A stretch of 64,000 nt of DNA, taken from the NCBI GenBank assembly GCA_965242965.1, contig OZ251518.1, positions 3,552,001-3,616,000 on the forward strand. Reading direction: 5' to 3'. How positions within the stretch are numbered: the first letter of the stretch is position 1; the number at the start of each line of letters is the position of its first letter. This document shows positions 11,071 to 21,512 of the stretch, one piece after another. This DNA comes from Candidatus Poribacteria bacterium. Lineage in GTDB: Bacteria > Poribacteria > WGA-4E > WGA-3G. The notes under the pieces were generated by a model. That model did no database searches. It was not told where the DNA came from and was given only the letters and a program-made list of their open reading frames with translations. A program made the position numbers and the translations under genes.

Positions 11071-12256
11071 CCGCGCATTTTTGGCCATTCGCAAAATCCG
11101 CTGCCAGTTCCCCTGGTGTTTCGCCAAAGGGAGAAAGTCGGTATTTTCCCATAAAAATCATAAACTCGCTATACGGCATGCATGCCAGCCGTGCGGCAAG
11201 TCCGCTGCTGAGTTCATGGGTTTTGTAGTATTTCAATGCTAACATCTGACGAGTCTCTTTTTCACATTCACCCGGGTCTTTCTTGCGAGTCAGCAGGGCG
11301 GCGATGTCCTCTGGCAATTTGATGCCAATTTTCCGTTCAAAATGGCCAACGCTTTTGTAGGTGTCATGGAACGCGGCGATGATATCCAGCACCTTGAACT
11401 TGGCGGCACCCAGGTCTGCTTTTGCCTTGTCCCATTCGCGCAGCCGTAGCCACGCTTCGCCCCGGTAGTAATGCGCCTCAGCATACGCCGGGTTGAGTGT
11501 TATCGCCGTGTTGTAGTCCTGGATCGCGCGTTCGGTTTTCCCTTGGCGAAGGTAAGCCACACCGCGATTGTTGTAAGCAATCGGTTCATCCGGTGCCAAG
11601 GCTATTGCGCGATTATAGTCCGCGATGGCACGTTCGCGCTCACCTTTTCTATCATAGACAATGCCTCGATTGATATACGCCTCGGTGCAATCTGGTTTGA
11701 GCATGATTGCAGTGCTATATTCTGCAATAGCAACGTCAATCTCCTCTTTTTTACACAAAGCGATGCCGCGGTTGACATACGCCTCGGCAAGTTTGGGATC
11801 GAGTGCTATCGCCGTGTTATAGTCTTCAATGGCGACGGCCATCGCTGTCGGATAGGGAGTTTCGCTGCAACGGCTAGGGGCCGGGTTCATGCCTACTGGG
11901 ACGTTATAGCGTTTGAGGATTGCGTCAACCTCGCCGTTTTTTTCGTAAGCGATGCCGCGATTGACGTAGGCTTCGGCAAACGTTGACTCTAATTCAATCG
12001 CCTTGCTCAACACTGTGATAGCCATGTCATGGGAGCCGCATTTGATGGAATCCAACCCCAAATTGTAGTAGGCGTTCACGTAATCCGGACGCAATTCGAT
12101 CGCCTGCATAAAAGCACCGATTGCCAAACCGTGCTCGCCTTCTTCACTATAAGCGATACCGCGGGCGTTGTATGTTTCGGCTAATTCTGCCTCTTGCAGT
12201 GTGTCAAGTGCCGTGTCAGCAAAGCCGACAGGAACTGCGATGAACTCTAGCATCAC
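11042..12256 (-). CDS. TPR-repeat protein fused to a C-terminal UPF0175-like (antitoxin-type) domain
   Basis: About 7 TPRs (AYxNRG...AIxDYxxAI); C-terminus LALKYYKTHELSSGLAARLACMPYSEFMIFMGKY matches the UPF0175 pattern; overlaps the DUF3368 gene. Confidence 0.8.
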   Translation of the reverse strand: MMLEFIAVPVGFADTALDTLQEAELAETYNARGIAYSEEGEHGLAIGAFMQAIELRPDYVNAYYNLGLDSIKCGSHDMAITVLSKAIELESTFAEAYVNRGIAYEKNGEVDAILKRYNVPVGMNPAPSRCSETPYPTAMAVAIEDYNTAIALDPKLAEAYVNRGIALCKKEEIDVAIAEYSTAIMLKPDCTEAYINRGIVYDRKGERERAIADYNRAIALAPDEPIAYNNRGVAYLRQGKTERAIQDYNTAITLNPAYAEAHYYRGEAWLRLREWDKAKADLGAAKFKVLDIIAAFHDTYKSVGHFERKIGIKLPEDIAALLTRKKDPGECEKETRQMLALKYYKTHELSSGLAARLACMPYSEFMIFMGKYRLSPFGETPGELAADFANGQKCADAHTSGNNQ

Positions 12257-12339
12257 TTTTTCTCCTTTACAAAGTTGATTGCGTCTGGGAATATAATAAC
12301 GGATTAGCGGACAGAAGTCAAGCGAAATTCGCGATTTGT

Positions 12340-12722
12340 CTGAGGGTATTTCATATCTCGATGGCTTCCCCGTAGGAGAGCCCTCCCGGTCTCGATGCGA
12401 GCGGTGTCCCCGTAACCGAGCTCTCCTGGTCTCGATGCAATTTGTCCTTGTCCCTCGCTATCGTCCGCGTAATCCAACGCTCGCGGGGGACAGGCCCCCG
12501 CGCTACGGTTGTCAAGGCCGCTTCCTTTCATCGTAGGGCGAGGGCCTGTCCCTCGCCATGCTTCGATCCACCGAACGCTCGCGGGGGACAGGCCCCCGCG
12601 CTACGGTAACGGGAGGGGTTCTTAGTCGAAAAACGCCGTCCTTTCCCGTAGGGCGAGGGCCTGTCCCTCGCCATGCTGCGGTCTACCGGACAGTCGCGGG
12701 GGACAGTCCCCCGCGCTACGGT
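12340..12722. repeat. REP mosaic starting with the IS-like terminal motif
   Basis: TGAGGGTATTTCATATCTCGA at about 12341; repeated GTAGGGCGAGGGCCTGTCCCTCGCC and GTAGCGCGGGGG hairpins. Confidence 0.85.
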
Positions 12723-15700
12723 ACTGTGACATTAATGCCATAAAGCGCAGCCACCTCCCGTTCCAGCACAACCTCAAGCGCAGATACATCCGCCGCAAAA
12801 TCCGCGCGTTTCGCAGACAGAATCGCATCAACTAACGCAACAACCGGTGCCTGCCGCGCCGGCGAAACATCTGGAATCGGCAGTTTCTTCCAATCATCCG
12901 GATAGAGGTGGATATTGCTCCGACGATTTGCCATTAAGAAATCACGCGCTACGTTTGAATTCATCACGCCGAGCAGGAACTTCACCGAGAATCGACGACT
13001 CGTTTTTTCCAATTCTTCGCGCCGCGGGAGTTCCGGACGCTGAGGCTTTTCATCACGATAACGAGCCTTCTGTTTTATCGAGCGGTTCCGAACCCCTGCT
13101 AAATCGTGCCAAAGCACGAAGGACCAGGCTGATTGATTATGACGGAGATGCTGAGCATCGTAGGATACCTTCAATTTCTCAACGCCAGCCGCCATGTCCG
13201 CCGAAATTAATCTTTCCGCAACTTCGTATAATTCGGGAAACGTTGTTGACGTGAATAAGGCAGGCGCGCGTTCTGTCCCCCACTCCAGCCATTTCTTTGT
13301 CGCGGGCAGCCAGCGCGCGAGATGTTTGCCTTCCACAAACGGTTTCGGGTGAGTTGCGTCTTGGATATCTGAAACCAAATCCCGCACGCCAAACGCGCCG
13401 CGCGCGTGCTTGTTCGCATGAACTACCATCCCAACAGAGATATAGCAGAGGGTTTCAAGCGTCACCGTTGGAACAGAAAACTGCTGAACCTCGGTATCTT
13501 CCGGAAAAAAGAGACGATAGGTGAGGTTCCGTTGTGCGTCGGTTGGCAATAGAGTAACGTTCCCAAATTCGGGCCCGTGCAGCCTGCGTTCCGGTTGATG
13601 CTCGCGCCCATCAACTCTCTGAAACAGATAGGTGATATTCCGCACGGCGGCATCGAAGATTCGGATATCGCGGAAGAAGTCAAGGCGACATATCCGACTA
13701 TTCTCCCGAAACCACTCCTGCGATTTCTGGGCATACTTCGCGTGACAATAGGCATCCGAAACGATGAATGTCGTGAAACCTCCCGGCTTGAGCAGTTTGT
13801 AGCTGCGCTCAATAAATGGAATGTAGAGATCCCACTTTCCGAAGAGGGTTTCATACTGCGCGCTATCCTTAATTGCCTGACGCAACGCCTGTTGCCCCGG
13901 TGCATCCGCTCTCACGTAAGGCGGATTACCAATCGTAATATCAAATCCTGCCGAAATCCCAAACATCCATTCCGCATTGAAGAAATCAGCAGAGGCGTTC
14001 TGATTATACGGGTCCCACGCTGCCAACTCTTGCGCCGTGCCACTCGGTAAGCCTAAGTCAGCAAGCAACGCGCTTATCTCCGTGCGCAAACGTTTATCCT
14101 GCCGGCGATACCGCGCCTTCGTCCGAAGCGTGCGAGCCGTGAAATGACGACGACGCACCTCTGATAGCTCCCGCTCCTTCTCGCTGATGTCGGGGCTGCG
14201 GAGAGACAATTGTCCTTCAATGCCGAGCAGCGTGTTCGCCGCAACGAACTTCGTTTCCAAATTCGGCAACGGCCGCACACCGCGATTCGCCTGTGTTTCG
14301 TCTAGCCGCTGATCGACGATAAGCGAGATGAAGAAGCGCAGCTTGGCAATCTGCGTCGCAATCGGCTGGATGTCCACGCCGTAGATGCAGTTTTCTATCA
14401 GATAGAGTTTCCTGCCGTAGTCCAGTTCGTTCCGTTCAAACGCGTCGTTGATGCTCTCTATCTCGCTTTCAAGTTCGTGGAGCGTGTTTTCGCGGAACGT
14501 GCTGTCGTCAATCTGTTCGGCGGCGGCGATGGTGCGGCGCACCCTGTCTATCTGGCGTTGCCGCCACTGTGCATTGCCCGGGTCAAGTTTACCAAGCAGG
14601 AAGACGAGTTTGTGCAGGATGCCCATCGGGAAGGCACCGGAGCCGCAGGCAGGATCGAGGATTTTGAGCGCGTCAATGGCGGTGATGAGGCACTCGGTTT
14701 CTGCTTCGGTGAACCGATGCGGTTCATCGGTATAGGCGAGGAGGTGGCGCAGGGCTGCGTCCAAATCGGTGGACTTTACCCCCCCCCTTCGCGTCACAGA
14801 TGTTAACTCTTAAGGCGTTTTTCAGATAGGCGATGAGGGATTCATTTACCATGTAATTGACGATGTCGCGCGGCGTGTAAAACGAGCCGGTCTGCTTGCG
14901 TGCGGTTATCCCCGTTTCGGGGTTAGAGGCGGCGAGGAGGTTTTCAAAGACGCGCCCGAGCAACTCGGGGTCCAACGCAACTTCCTCCTCGATGGGCGTA
15001 TTCTCGGATATCGTGAACTTATAGCGGTTGAGAATGTGAATGATGCCGCGCACGGTATAGCGTCGGTTTCTCGTGCCGTAAACGGCGTTGAGATCTACGG
15101 TGTGTTCTTCGGCGAAGAAGAGTTCGTTGGGGACGCGCAGTGGGTTGTCGTCCCTGTCAGAAAAGCCTTCTACCCGTAAGATGCGTTGCGGCTGTTCAGC
15201 ATCGGGTTTATCCAAACACTCAAACAGGCCGCCATTGAGGAACGGAATTGTCTCAAAGAGGCGGCGTGCTTCTTCGGGTTCCCGAAAATAGCGTTTGTAT
15301 CGGTAAAGCGAGGTGATGTTATAGTGCTGTTGTCCATCGCCACGGAACTGGCGGCGGTTTGGATGTTCCGGGGTGTTCATCTCCTGATTGAGCGTCGCGA
15401 AAAAGAGGTTTTGGAGGATGGCTTTGTAGTAGGAGGAATCGAGCCCGGCGTTCTCGCCTACGGGGGAGATGAGCAGTCTGTTTATCTCCTTTTCATCAAA
15501 GAGCGCGTCTGGGACGAGCCCTTTCTCCTTGAGAAACCAGACGAAGATAAGCCGCGTAATGAGCCGGATGACGCACGTAGCATTGCGCCCGGCAACGTCT
15601 TCGCCGGCATCGGCGGGGAAGGTGACGTTGTCCACAGCCCAGAAATACCAATCGGCGAGTTCCCGGAAGAAGCGTTTGTTGAGCGCGGCACTATCCAGCG

Positions 15701-16352
15701 TCTTCTGCCACGCTTGATGCAATTCAAGGAAATTGGTGAACTGATGGGCTCGGTGAAGTTCGCCGAGGGATAAGTCCGCCAGAATGTCCACGTGTGCGCG
15801 GTGCGGGTTGACGATGTCAATATCCTTGATGAGACTGACTTTTTCGAGGACATCCCGTTCTCCCTCACGCTGGCTAGGACGGCGATGGATGAGGGAGAAA
15901 GTGAGCGTCTGTCCATGCTGAAAGAGGAGCATCGCGGGCATGGCGAACACTTTGTTGATTTCGCGGGTGATGTTGGCGAGCGCGGTGCGAGTGTAGACAG
16001 TCCCCCGCAGTTTGACAGCGAGGAAGAGATAGGCACGGTAGATGTCTGGGTTGAATCCGTCCTGTGCCGCGAAGGTTATGGTGCCTTGGGACTGCTGCGC
16101 GATTTCGTCTTCGGTGAGTTGGAAGAGAAAGTCGCAGGTATCCCATTCTGACAGTAACGCCTTTTCAGGGTTGAGCGTCCAACGCGCGAGGAATCCCTCG
16201 GCGGTGTTGGGTTCAATGGTAAGCGTTCTGTCGCTATCATAACCTAACACGCCGAGGAGATGACGCGCGTTATCGGCGAGGGAACCGGATGTGAACCGAC
16301 TAAGTGCCGCTTGAATCTGGGCTTTGTGGGATGCGTCGTTCATAAGTTGCAT
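12716..16352 (-). CDS. Type IIG / Eco57I-like restriction-modification N6-adenine methyltransferase, split into two ORFs at a G9 tract (14779-14787)
   Basis: 5' ORF 14724-16352 has LNGGLF, ELLGRVFE, GSFYTP; 3' ORF 12716-14797 has LDPACGSGAF, GVDI, GNPPY and a TaqI_C-like TRD. Deleting one G joins them into about 1210 aa. Confidence 0.85.
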
Positions 16353-17349
16353 TCAGAAAATCGACTAATTCCGCGAAGTTATCGAAGATGCGTTCGCAGA
16401 GGTTTTCAAAAAAAATGCTCCGTTCGCCGCTGTAAACAGCGTAGACAGGCTTGTTATAGCGAGAGGCATAGTTCATCTCACTCAGCACGCCGGGCGACAA
16501 CTTGTCCGTAGGATAGATAACCACCACGAAATCACTCTGATGGAGAAACTGATAATCACGGGAGATAGTGCGGGTTTTGATTTGTTGAATGACGTTCTCG
16601 TCGATTGTCGGGATGCGGCGGTCCAACCCTATCGTCGAAGATTGGCTTTCCCGGACGAGTGCCATGTCCTTAATCGAAAGCGGATCAAAGACAATAAATG
16701 CCTCTCGCAGTTTTGCGCCGAGTGCACGAATCTCCTCAATTTCCGCCGGTGTCTCCCGCAAAATCGTGATGGGATAGCTGAGATACAGCGACGGTTTTGA
16801 AGAGAAAATCAGTTCATAAAAGTTATCAAGCGGATGCTGGCGCGCGACGGTGTAGTGGGATTTCTGATAGAGATTCGCGAGCTGCTTCGTCAGGAATTCC
16901 TCCTCGTCAATCCAGACGTTGAGCGTATCGTGCCCGACGTTGCTCCACTGCGGGTTGTTCGCCATCCGGTTGGAGATGTCGGCGATGTTGTCAACGACGT
17001 TAATAAAAAGGTCTGGCGGGAAGCACTCGATCTCCTTAAACGAGATGCCTTCCAGCAGTGTGCCGCGCCAGCGGAAGCAGGCGTGCAAACCGATAACGGC
17101 GTGCTCGTAGTCGTCGGCGCGTTTGGCGATTTCATAAAAGGCAGCGCGACGCGCAAGGGATAAGACAGCCGGATCCGAATCCAGCACCTTTTCCGTGAAA
17201 CGGATGCCGGATGCAGCGGCGGCGTTGTGCATGAAATCGCCGACGTTAAAGAAGCCGATGTCTATCTCTTTTTGGTGACAGAGTGCCTCGAAATCGGCGA
17301 TGAGTTCCTTGCGGCCGGCGCAGCTGATGCCGGTGCAGATGATGTTCAT
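16300..17349 (-). CDS. P-loop (adenylate-kinase-like) domain fused to a nucleoside 2-deoxyribosyltransferase-like domain
   Basis: Start MNIICTGISCAGRK (variant Walker A); C-terminal RDYQFLHQSDFVVV...SPGVLSEMNYA...KPVY. The ORF-track N-terminal extension runs through REPs. Confidence 0.65.
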   Translation of the reverse strand: MNIICTGISCAGRKELIADFEALCHQKEIDIGFFNVGDFMHNAAAASGIRFTEKVLDSDPAVLSLARRAAFYEIAKRADDYEHAVIGLHACFRWRGTLLEGISFKEIECFPPDLFINVVDNIADISNRMANNPQWSNVGHDTLNVWIDEEEFLTKQLANLYQKSHYTVARQHPLDNFYELIFSSKPSLYLSYPITILRETPAEIEEIRALGAKLREAFIVFDPLSIKDMALVRESQSSTIGLDRRIPTIDENVIQQIKTRTISRDYQFLHQSDFVVVIYPTDKLSPGVLSEMNYASRYNKPVYAVYSGERSIFFENLCERIFDNFAELVDFLNATYERRIPQSPDSSGT

Positions 17350-17364
17350 ATTTATGTTCCAATA

Positions 17365-17590
17365 ATGGCGAGGGACAGGCAGGCATTGGGCCCACCTCTG
17401 TAGTTCGGGAGCGCCCGATCCCGAACGGGTCAAGATCGCTTGGCAAACATGCCAGAGCTTCAGACGATCTTGACCTACAGGGGTGAGGCGTTCTGAACAC
17501 CAAAACGCATGGCGAGGGACAGGCCCTCGCCCTACGATAGAGAAGATGTCTCCGGTAGGAGAGACCTCCTGGTCTCGATGCCTCGATGCC
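17365..17590. repeat. REP mosaic
   Basis: GTAGTTCGGGAGCG.., GTAGGTCAAGATC.., GTAGGGCGAGGG.. and GTAGGAGAGACC.. hairpins. Confidence 0.85.
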
Positions 17591-17594
17591 TCCC

Positions 17595-18380
17595 TCACGA
17601 AGATAACCGGGCCAATGCCGCCTGCTCCTCTTTTTGCCATGGACGGTGCGCCGGTGTCTCCAATTTCTTCGGCGGACCGCCGAAGACGAGGATGTATGCA
17701 CGCCGTTCTCGCGCGGTGCTATTCGGCGCGGCGTAATGTAACGTGCGGCAGTGATGGAACGTCGCACCACCCGCGGGAATCGGGCATGCGACTGCCTCGG
17801 ACGTATCCACATCGTCCGTGACTAAGCCGTGAACGAGCGGGTCATTGTCAATATGCCGATGCCACCGAACCTCACCTTTGTGGGATTTCGGAATGAATTG
17901 GAGGCACCCGCTCTCCACCGTCGCCGTGTCAAGCGGCAGCCAGACGCTGAGGCTGTGCGGCAAGACTTCGGGATTCCAATACGCTTCGTCTTGATGCCAC
18001 GGGGTTTCATTGCCGTAATGCGCAGGCTTCAAGATCATGTGTCCACCACCGCTAACCTTTTCCGAGTCTACGCTGAGTAGCGTGGCGGCGAGTCGGTGCG
18101 CGTTTTGGAAGTAAATCGTCTCGCGGAGCACTGGGAATTGCGCCTCCGGTCCGAGCACTTGCGGCAACGTTTCGCGTCCCTTGTGTGCACGCGGACCGGC
18201 GAGATCGAAGTAGCGTCCCTCCGCCTCGCCGGTGCGTTCCGTGAAAAGTTCATCGTAGATGCCCTTTAGGAATTCGACCTCTTCATCTGTCGTGATGCGA
18301 GGGATGCTGAGGTAGCCGTTCGCTTGGAAAAAGGCGATTTGTTCGTCGGTCACTTCAGCGTGGAAGTTGTTAGATTTCAT
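17595..18380 (-). CDS. Phytanoyl-CoA dioxygenase (PhyH) family Fe(II)/2OG dioxygenase
   Basis: TPWHQD, WLPLD, ESGCLQFIPKSH and FHHCRTLH motifs. Confidence 0.93.
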   Translation of the reverse strand: MKSNNFHAEVTDEQIAFFQANGYLSIPRITTDEEVEFLKGIYDELFTERTGEAEGRYFDLAGPRAHKGRETLPQVLGPEAQFPVLRETIYFQNAHRLAATLLSVDSEKVSGGGHMILKPAHYGNETPWHQDEAYWNPEVLPHSLSVWLPLDTATVESGCLQFIPKSHKGEVRWHRHIDNDPLVHGLVTDDVDTSEAVACPIPAGGATFHHCRTLHYAAPNSTARERRAYILVFGGPPKKLETPAHRPWQKEEQAALARLSS

Positions 18381-18384
18381 AAAT

Positions 18385-20163
18385 TCACCGAATTACAATA
18401 TCATAAGGTAAAATAGTGATAACCTGCTCGTTTTTGAACAGATTCAGCATCACGGAAATATAGTGCCACTGCGCTTGCATCGCGGGGAATGGGAGATACG
18501 CGGGCAGCGACATTTTCGCCCCCGGCACTTCTATCATGTTCTCTAACATCCGTTCAAAGAAGGTGCGCGGTTTCGGCAGGACGATGAGCTGCGGCTCAGA
18601 TTCCACGTTGAAACCACCCTGTTCTTTGGCGATAGCGAGTGCCTTCTCCAATCCGCCGAGTTCATCGACGAGCCCGAGCTCTTTCGCCTGCTTACCTGTC
18701 CAGACTCTCCCCTGCGCGATGGCATCGATTTCGGCGTAAGACTTGTCTCGTCCTTCTGCCGCTTTACGAACGAAGTCTTGGTAGACGGTTTTCATCAACT
18801 TTTCGACGCGTTCGCGTTCTGTCGGGGTAAAGCCGCCGTAATCAGAGTAAAGCGTGGCGTTTGTGCCGTGCGCGATGATCTCCTTTGTCAACCCGACTTT
18901 GTTATAGAGCCCTTTCATGTTGAGTTTGCCGCCCAGAACGCCGATGGAGCCGGTGAGCGTACCGGGTTGCGCCACGATGGTGCCAGCGGCCATGGCGATA
19001 TAGTAACCCCCAGAGGCGGCGATATCGGACATGGAGACGATGACAGGTTTTGCGTTCTGTGTTCGGACAACCTCGCGCCAGATGAGGTCGGAGGCGAGGG
19101 CGGAGCCGCCGGGACTATCCACGCGCAGCACAACGGCGTGCACCAACTTATCCTCGCGCGCCTTTTCAAACGCTTCCCGCAATTCTCTCGGTGTAATCGC
19201 GGCGGAAGTGGCGAAGATGTCATCGACACCTGTCATAATCGGGCCGCTTGCGTAGATGAGCGCGATTTTCGGTTCTTCGGTTTTCGGTTGGGCGCGCTGC
19301 GCGGTGTTTAACATGGAGAACAGCTGCATGATGCCTGCGAAGCTGCTCATATCTGGTGCGCGCCGTTTCCGTTCCCTGTCTGGCTTGTGGACATGGACGG
19401 TTTCATGGGTTTTGAGTTCGGCGAGGAATTCGTCATAATAGTGCAATACGTCAACGAGGTTCGCCTCGCGCGCTTCTTCGGCAGTGAAAGGCCCTTGATT
19501 TATCAGCATCGCGACGGTTTCCGAGTCCATGCTGTCGCGTCCCGCCGCGACTAGAACGCAAAGTTGTCCGTAAAGTGCGTCAAGGAGCGTCGTCATTGAT
19601 TCGCGGAAGGCATCGGACATGCCATCGCGCGTGTAAGGTTCGATGCCGGATTTGTATTTTCCCATCGCCAGCATATCGGCGTGGATGTCCAACTTCTCCA
19701 GCAATCCTTTGAAGAAGAGGATTTCGGCGCGCAGCCCTGTGAGAGTGAGGCTTCCGGTGGGCATCAAGACGACGCGCTTCGCCGCCGCGGCGAGGACATA
19801 TTCGGCAGTGCCACCACTTTCTAGATAAGCAACGGTATCCTTCCCTGCATCGCGAAGTTCGAGCAGTTTATTTTGAATCTCCTGCAGTTTCGCCCATCCG
19901 ATGCTGACATTTCTGATTTTGAAGATAATGCCAGTGAGTTCATCGTCGCCTCGGAACCCATCAAGTTTTTTGAGGAGCCCGTGGAGGGTTTCGGTTGATG
20001 CATTTCCGCCGAATACGCTGGCGAATTTGACATCGGGATAGGAGCCGCTCAGCGTGAGTTCGACGTAGTTCTTCGCGGGCGGCGGTGTCTCCTCGGCGTG
20101 CTCTTCGGCGAACGCGGGCGAGACGATGAGGAGGAACGCGATAAGTATGTATAACGATTTCAT
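18385..20163 (-). CDS. sppA: Signal peptide peptidase SppA (67K type)
   Basis: Two S49 domains; GKYKSG, RVDSPGGS, AASGGYY, TGSIGV, QGRVWTG; start MKSLYIL; TTGACA/TATAAT promoter at 20194-20223. Confidence 0.93.
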   Translation of the reverse strand: MKSLYILIAFLLIVSPAFAEEHAEETPPPAKNYVELTLSGSYPDVKFASVFGGNASTETLHGLLKKLDGFRGDDELTGIIFKIRNVSIGWAKLQEIQNKLLELRDAGKDTVAYLESGGTAEYVLAAAAKRVVLMPTGSLTLTGLRAEILFFKGLLEKLDIHADMLAMGKYKSGIEPYTRDGMSDAFRESMTTLLDALYGQLCVLVAAGRDSMDSETVAMLINQGPFTAEEAREANLVDVLHYYDEFLAELKTHETVHVHKPDRERKRRAPDMSSFAGIMQLFSMLNTAQRAQPKTEEPKIALIYASGPIMTGVDDIFATSAAITPRELREAFEKAREDKLVHAVVLRVDSPGGSALASDLIWREVVRTQNAKPVIVSMSDIAASGGYYIAMAAGTIVAQPGTLTGSIGVLGGKLNMKGLYNKVGLTKEIIAHGTNATLYSDYGGFTPTERERVEKLMKTVYQDFVRKAAEGRDKSYAEIDAIAQGRVWTGKQAKELGLVDELGGLEKALAIAKEQGGFNVESEPQLIVLPKPRTFFERMLENMIEVPGAKMSLPAYLPFPAMQAQWHYISVMLNLFKNEQVITILPYDIVIR

Positions 20164-20240
20164 TGTTTTCTCCGTGATTGTTTTGATATTTTTATTATAG
20201 CATGCAGGTGGGTTTTGTGTCAAAGATTAAATGATGCTAG

Positions 20241-20805
20241 TTAATTGAGGGTGTTTTATAACTCGCTCAACGTTGCGGTGACAGGCCCCGCGCTACGGTA
20301 AAAAAACGCCTCTCCTTTACGTAGGGCGAGGGCCTGTCCCTCGCCATGCAGCGATCGCGGGGGACAGGCCCCCGCGCTACGGGAAAAAACGGCACTTCAC
20401 CGTAGGGCGAGGGCCTGTCCCTCGCCATGCCACATGTGCATGCGAGCGGGTTTCCCTCGCCATCGTTCGCTCGCCGGAAAAAACGTCTCTTGTTCTCTTC
20501 AGGTCCGTAGGACCTTAATGTCTATAGCACGCGCGCCTGCAAAGAACGCTAAGGTCCTTTAGGTCCTTAATAACTTTTGCCATGCGGCGCGTGTTTTTTA
20601 TTAAGGACCTAAAGGACCTTGAAAACAGCGCGACACGTGTTTCTATAGACATTAAGGACCTAAAGGACCTAAAACGCCACTGTTTGACGATAGAGATCGC
20701 GGGGGACAGGCCCCCGCGCTACGATAAAAGACGGTTCTTGAGAAAACGCGGGGGACAGGCCCCCGCGCTACGGGAACATCGAGACCAGGAGGTCTCTCCT
20801 ACCGG
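20241..20805. repeat. REP mosaic with terminal motif and about 185-bp palindrome
   Basis: TTAATTGAGGGTGTTTTATA at 20241; palindrome at about 20495-20680; many GTAG hairpins. Confidence 0.85.
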
Positions 20806-20895
20806 ACAATGGGGAGCCCTACGTTAGACACCAGCAAAAACTTGACAATGCTTTTGGAATGAGGGTATACTCTTGCATGCAGGAGGTTGAATGCG

Positions 20896-21501
20896 ATGGC
20901 TTATAGTAGTTTCACGTTAGATACAGTCGTGACAACGTTTCAGTTAAACATCGTTGAATCCGCTGCGCTCTTCGCTGGAATAGAACCGGTGGCACCGCGG
21001 GCGCATTTTACGGCGGATTTGGCGAGAAGAGTGCAGCTGGCAAGTGCCATAAACACCGAGAAAGCGAAATCGGAATTGATAGTCGCTGAGATACTGTTTG
21101 AACTACAGGAGCACTTCAACCGGCGCATCAGTCTTTTTTCCGGCATTGAGTTGAGTGTGGATAGCGAAAGCGGTCTCGTCGGCGTATGCGATTTTTTAAT
21201 CAGCCTGTCGCCGGTGCAGTCAATGTTAGAGGCACCGATTGTCAGTCTGGTTGAGGCGAAAAAAGCAGACTTGACGCTGGGCCGCGGGCAGTGCGCCGCC
21301 GAGATGCTCGCCGCGCAACGCTTTAACGCGCAAAAAGGGAATGACATCCCCTGCGTTTACGGCGCGACGACTACCGGCATCGATTGGCAATTCCTGAAAT
21401 TGAGAGAAAAGGAACTGCACATCGATCTGGAGATTTATCCTATCCAGCAGTGTGAGAAAATACTCGGTATCCTCGCGAGCATGGTGGCGCAAGAAGCTTA
21501 G
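20896..21501 (+). CDS. Hypothetical protein of PD-(D/E)xK-like fold
   Basis: GVCDFL...VEAKK...GQCAAEMLAAQ; AGGAGG RBS; TTGACA-18-TATACT promoter at 20842-20871. Confidence 0.7.
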   Translation: MAYSSFTLDTVVTTFQLNIVESAALFAGIEPVAPRAHFTADLARRVQLASAINTEKAKSELIVAEILFELQEHFNRRISLFSGIELSVDSESGLVGVCDFLISLSPVQSMLEAPIVSLVEAKKADLTLGRGQCAAEMLAAQRFNAQKGNDIPCVYGATTTGIDWQFLKLREKELHIDLEIYPIQQCEKILGILASMVAQEA

Positions 21502-21512
21502 CGTTTTGGGCA

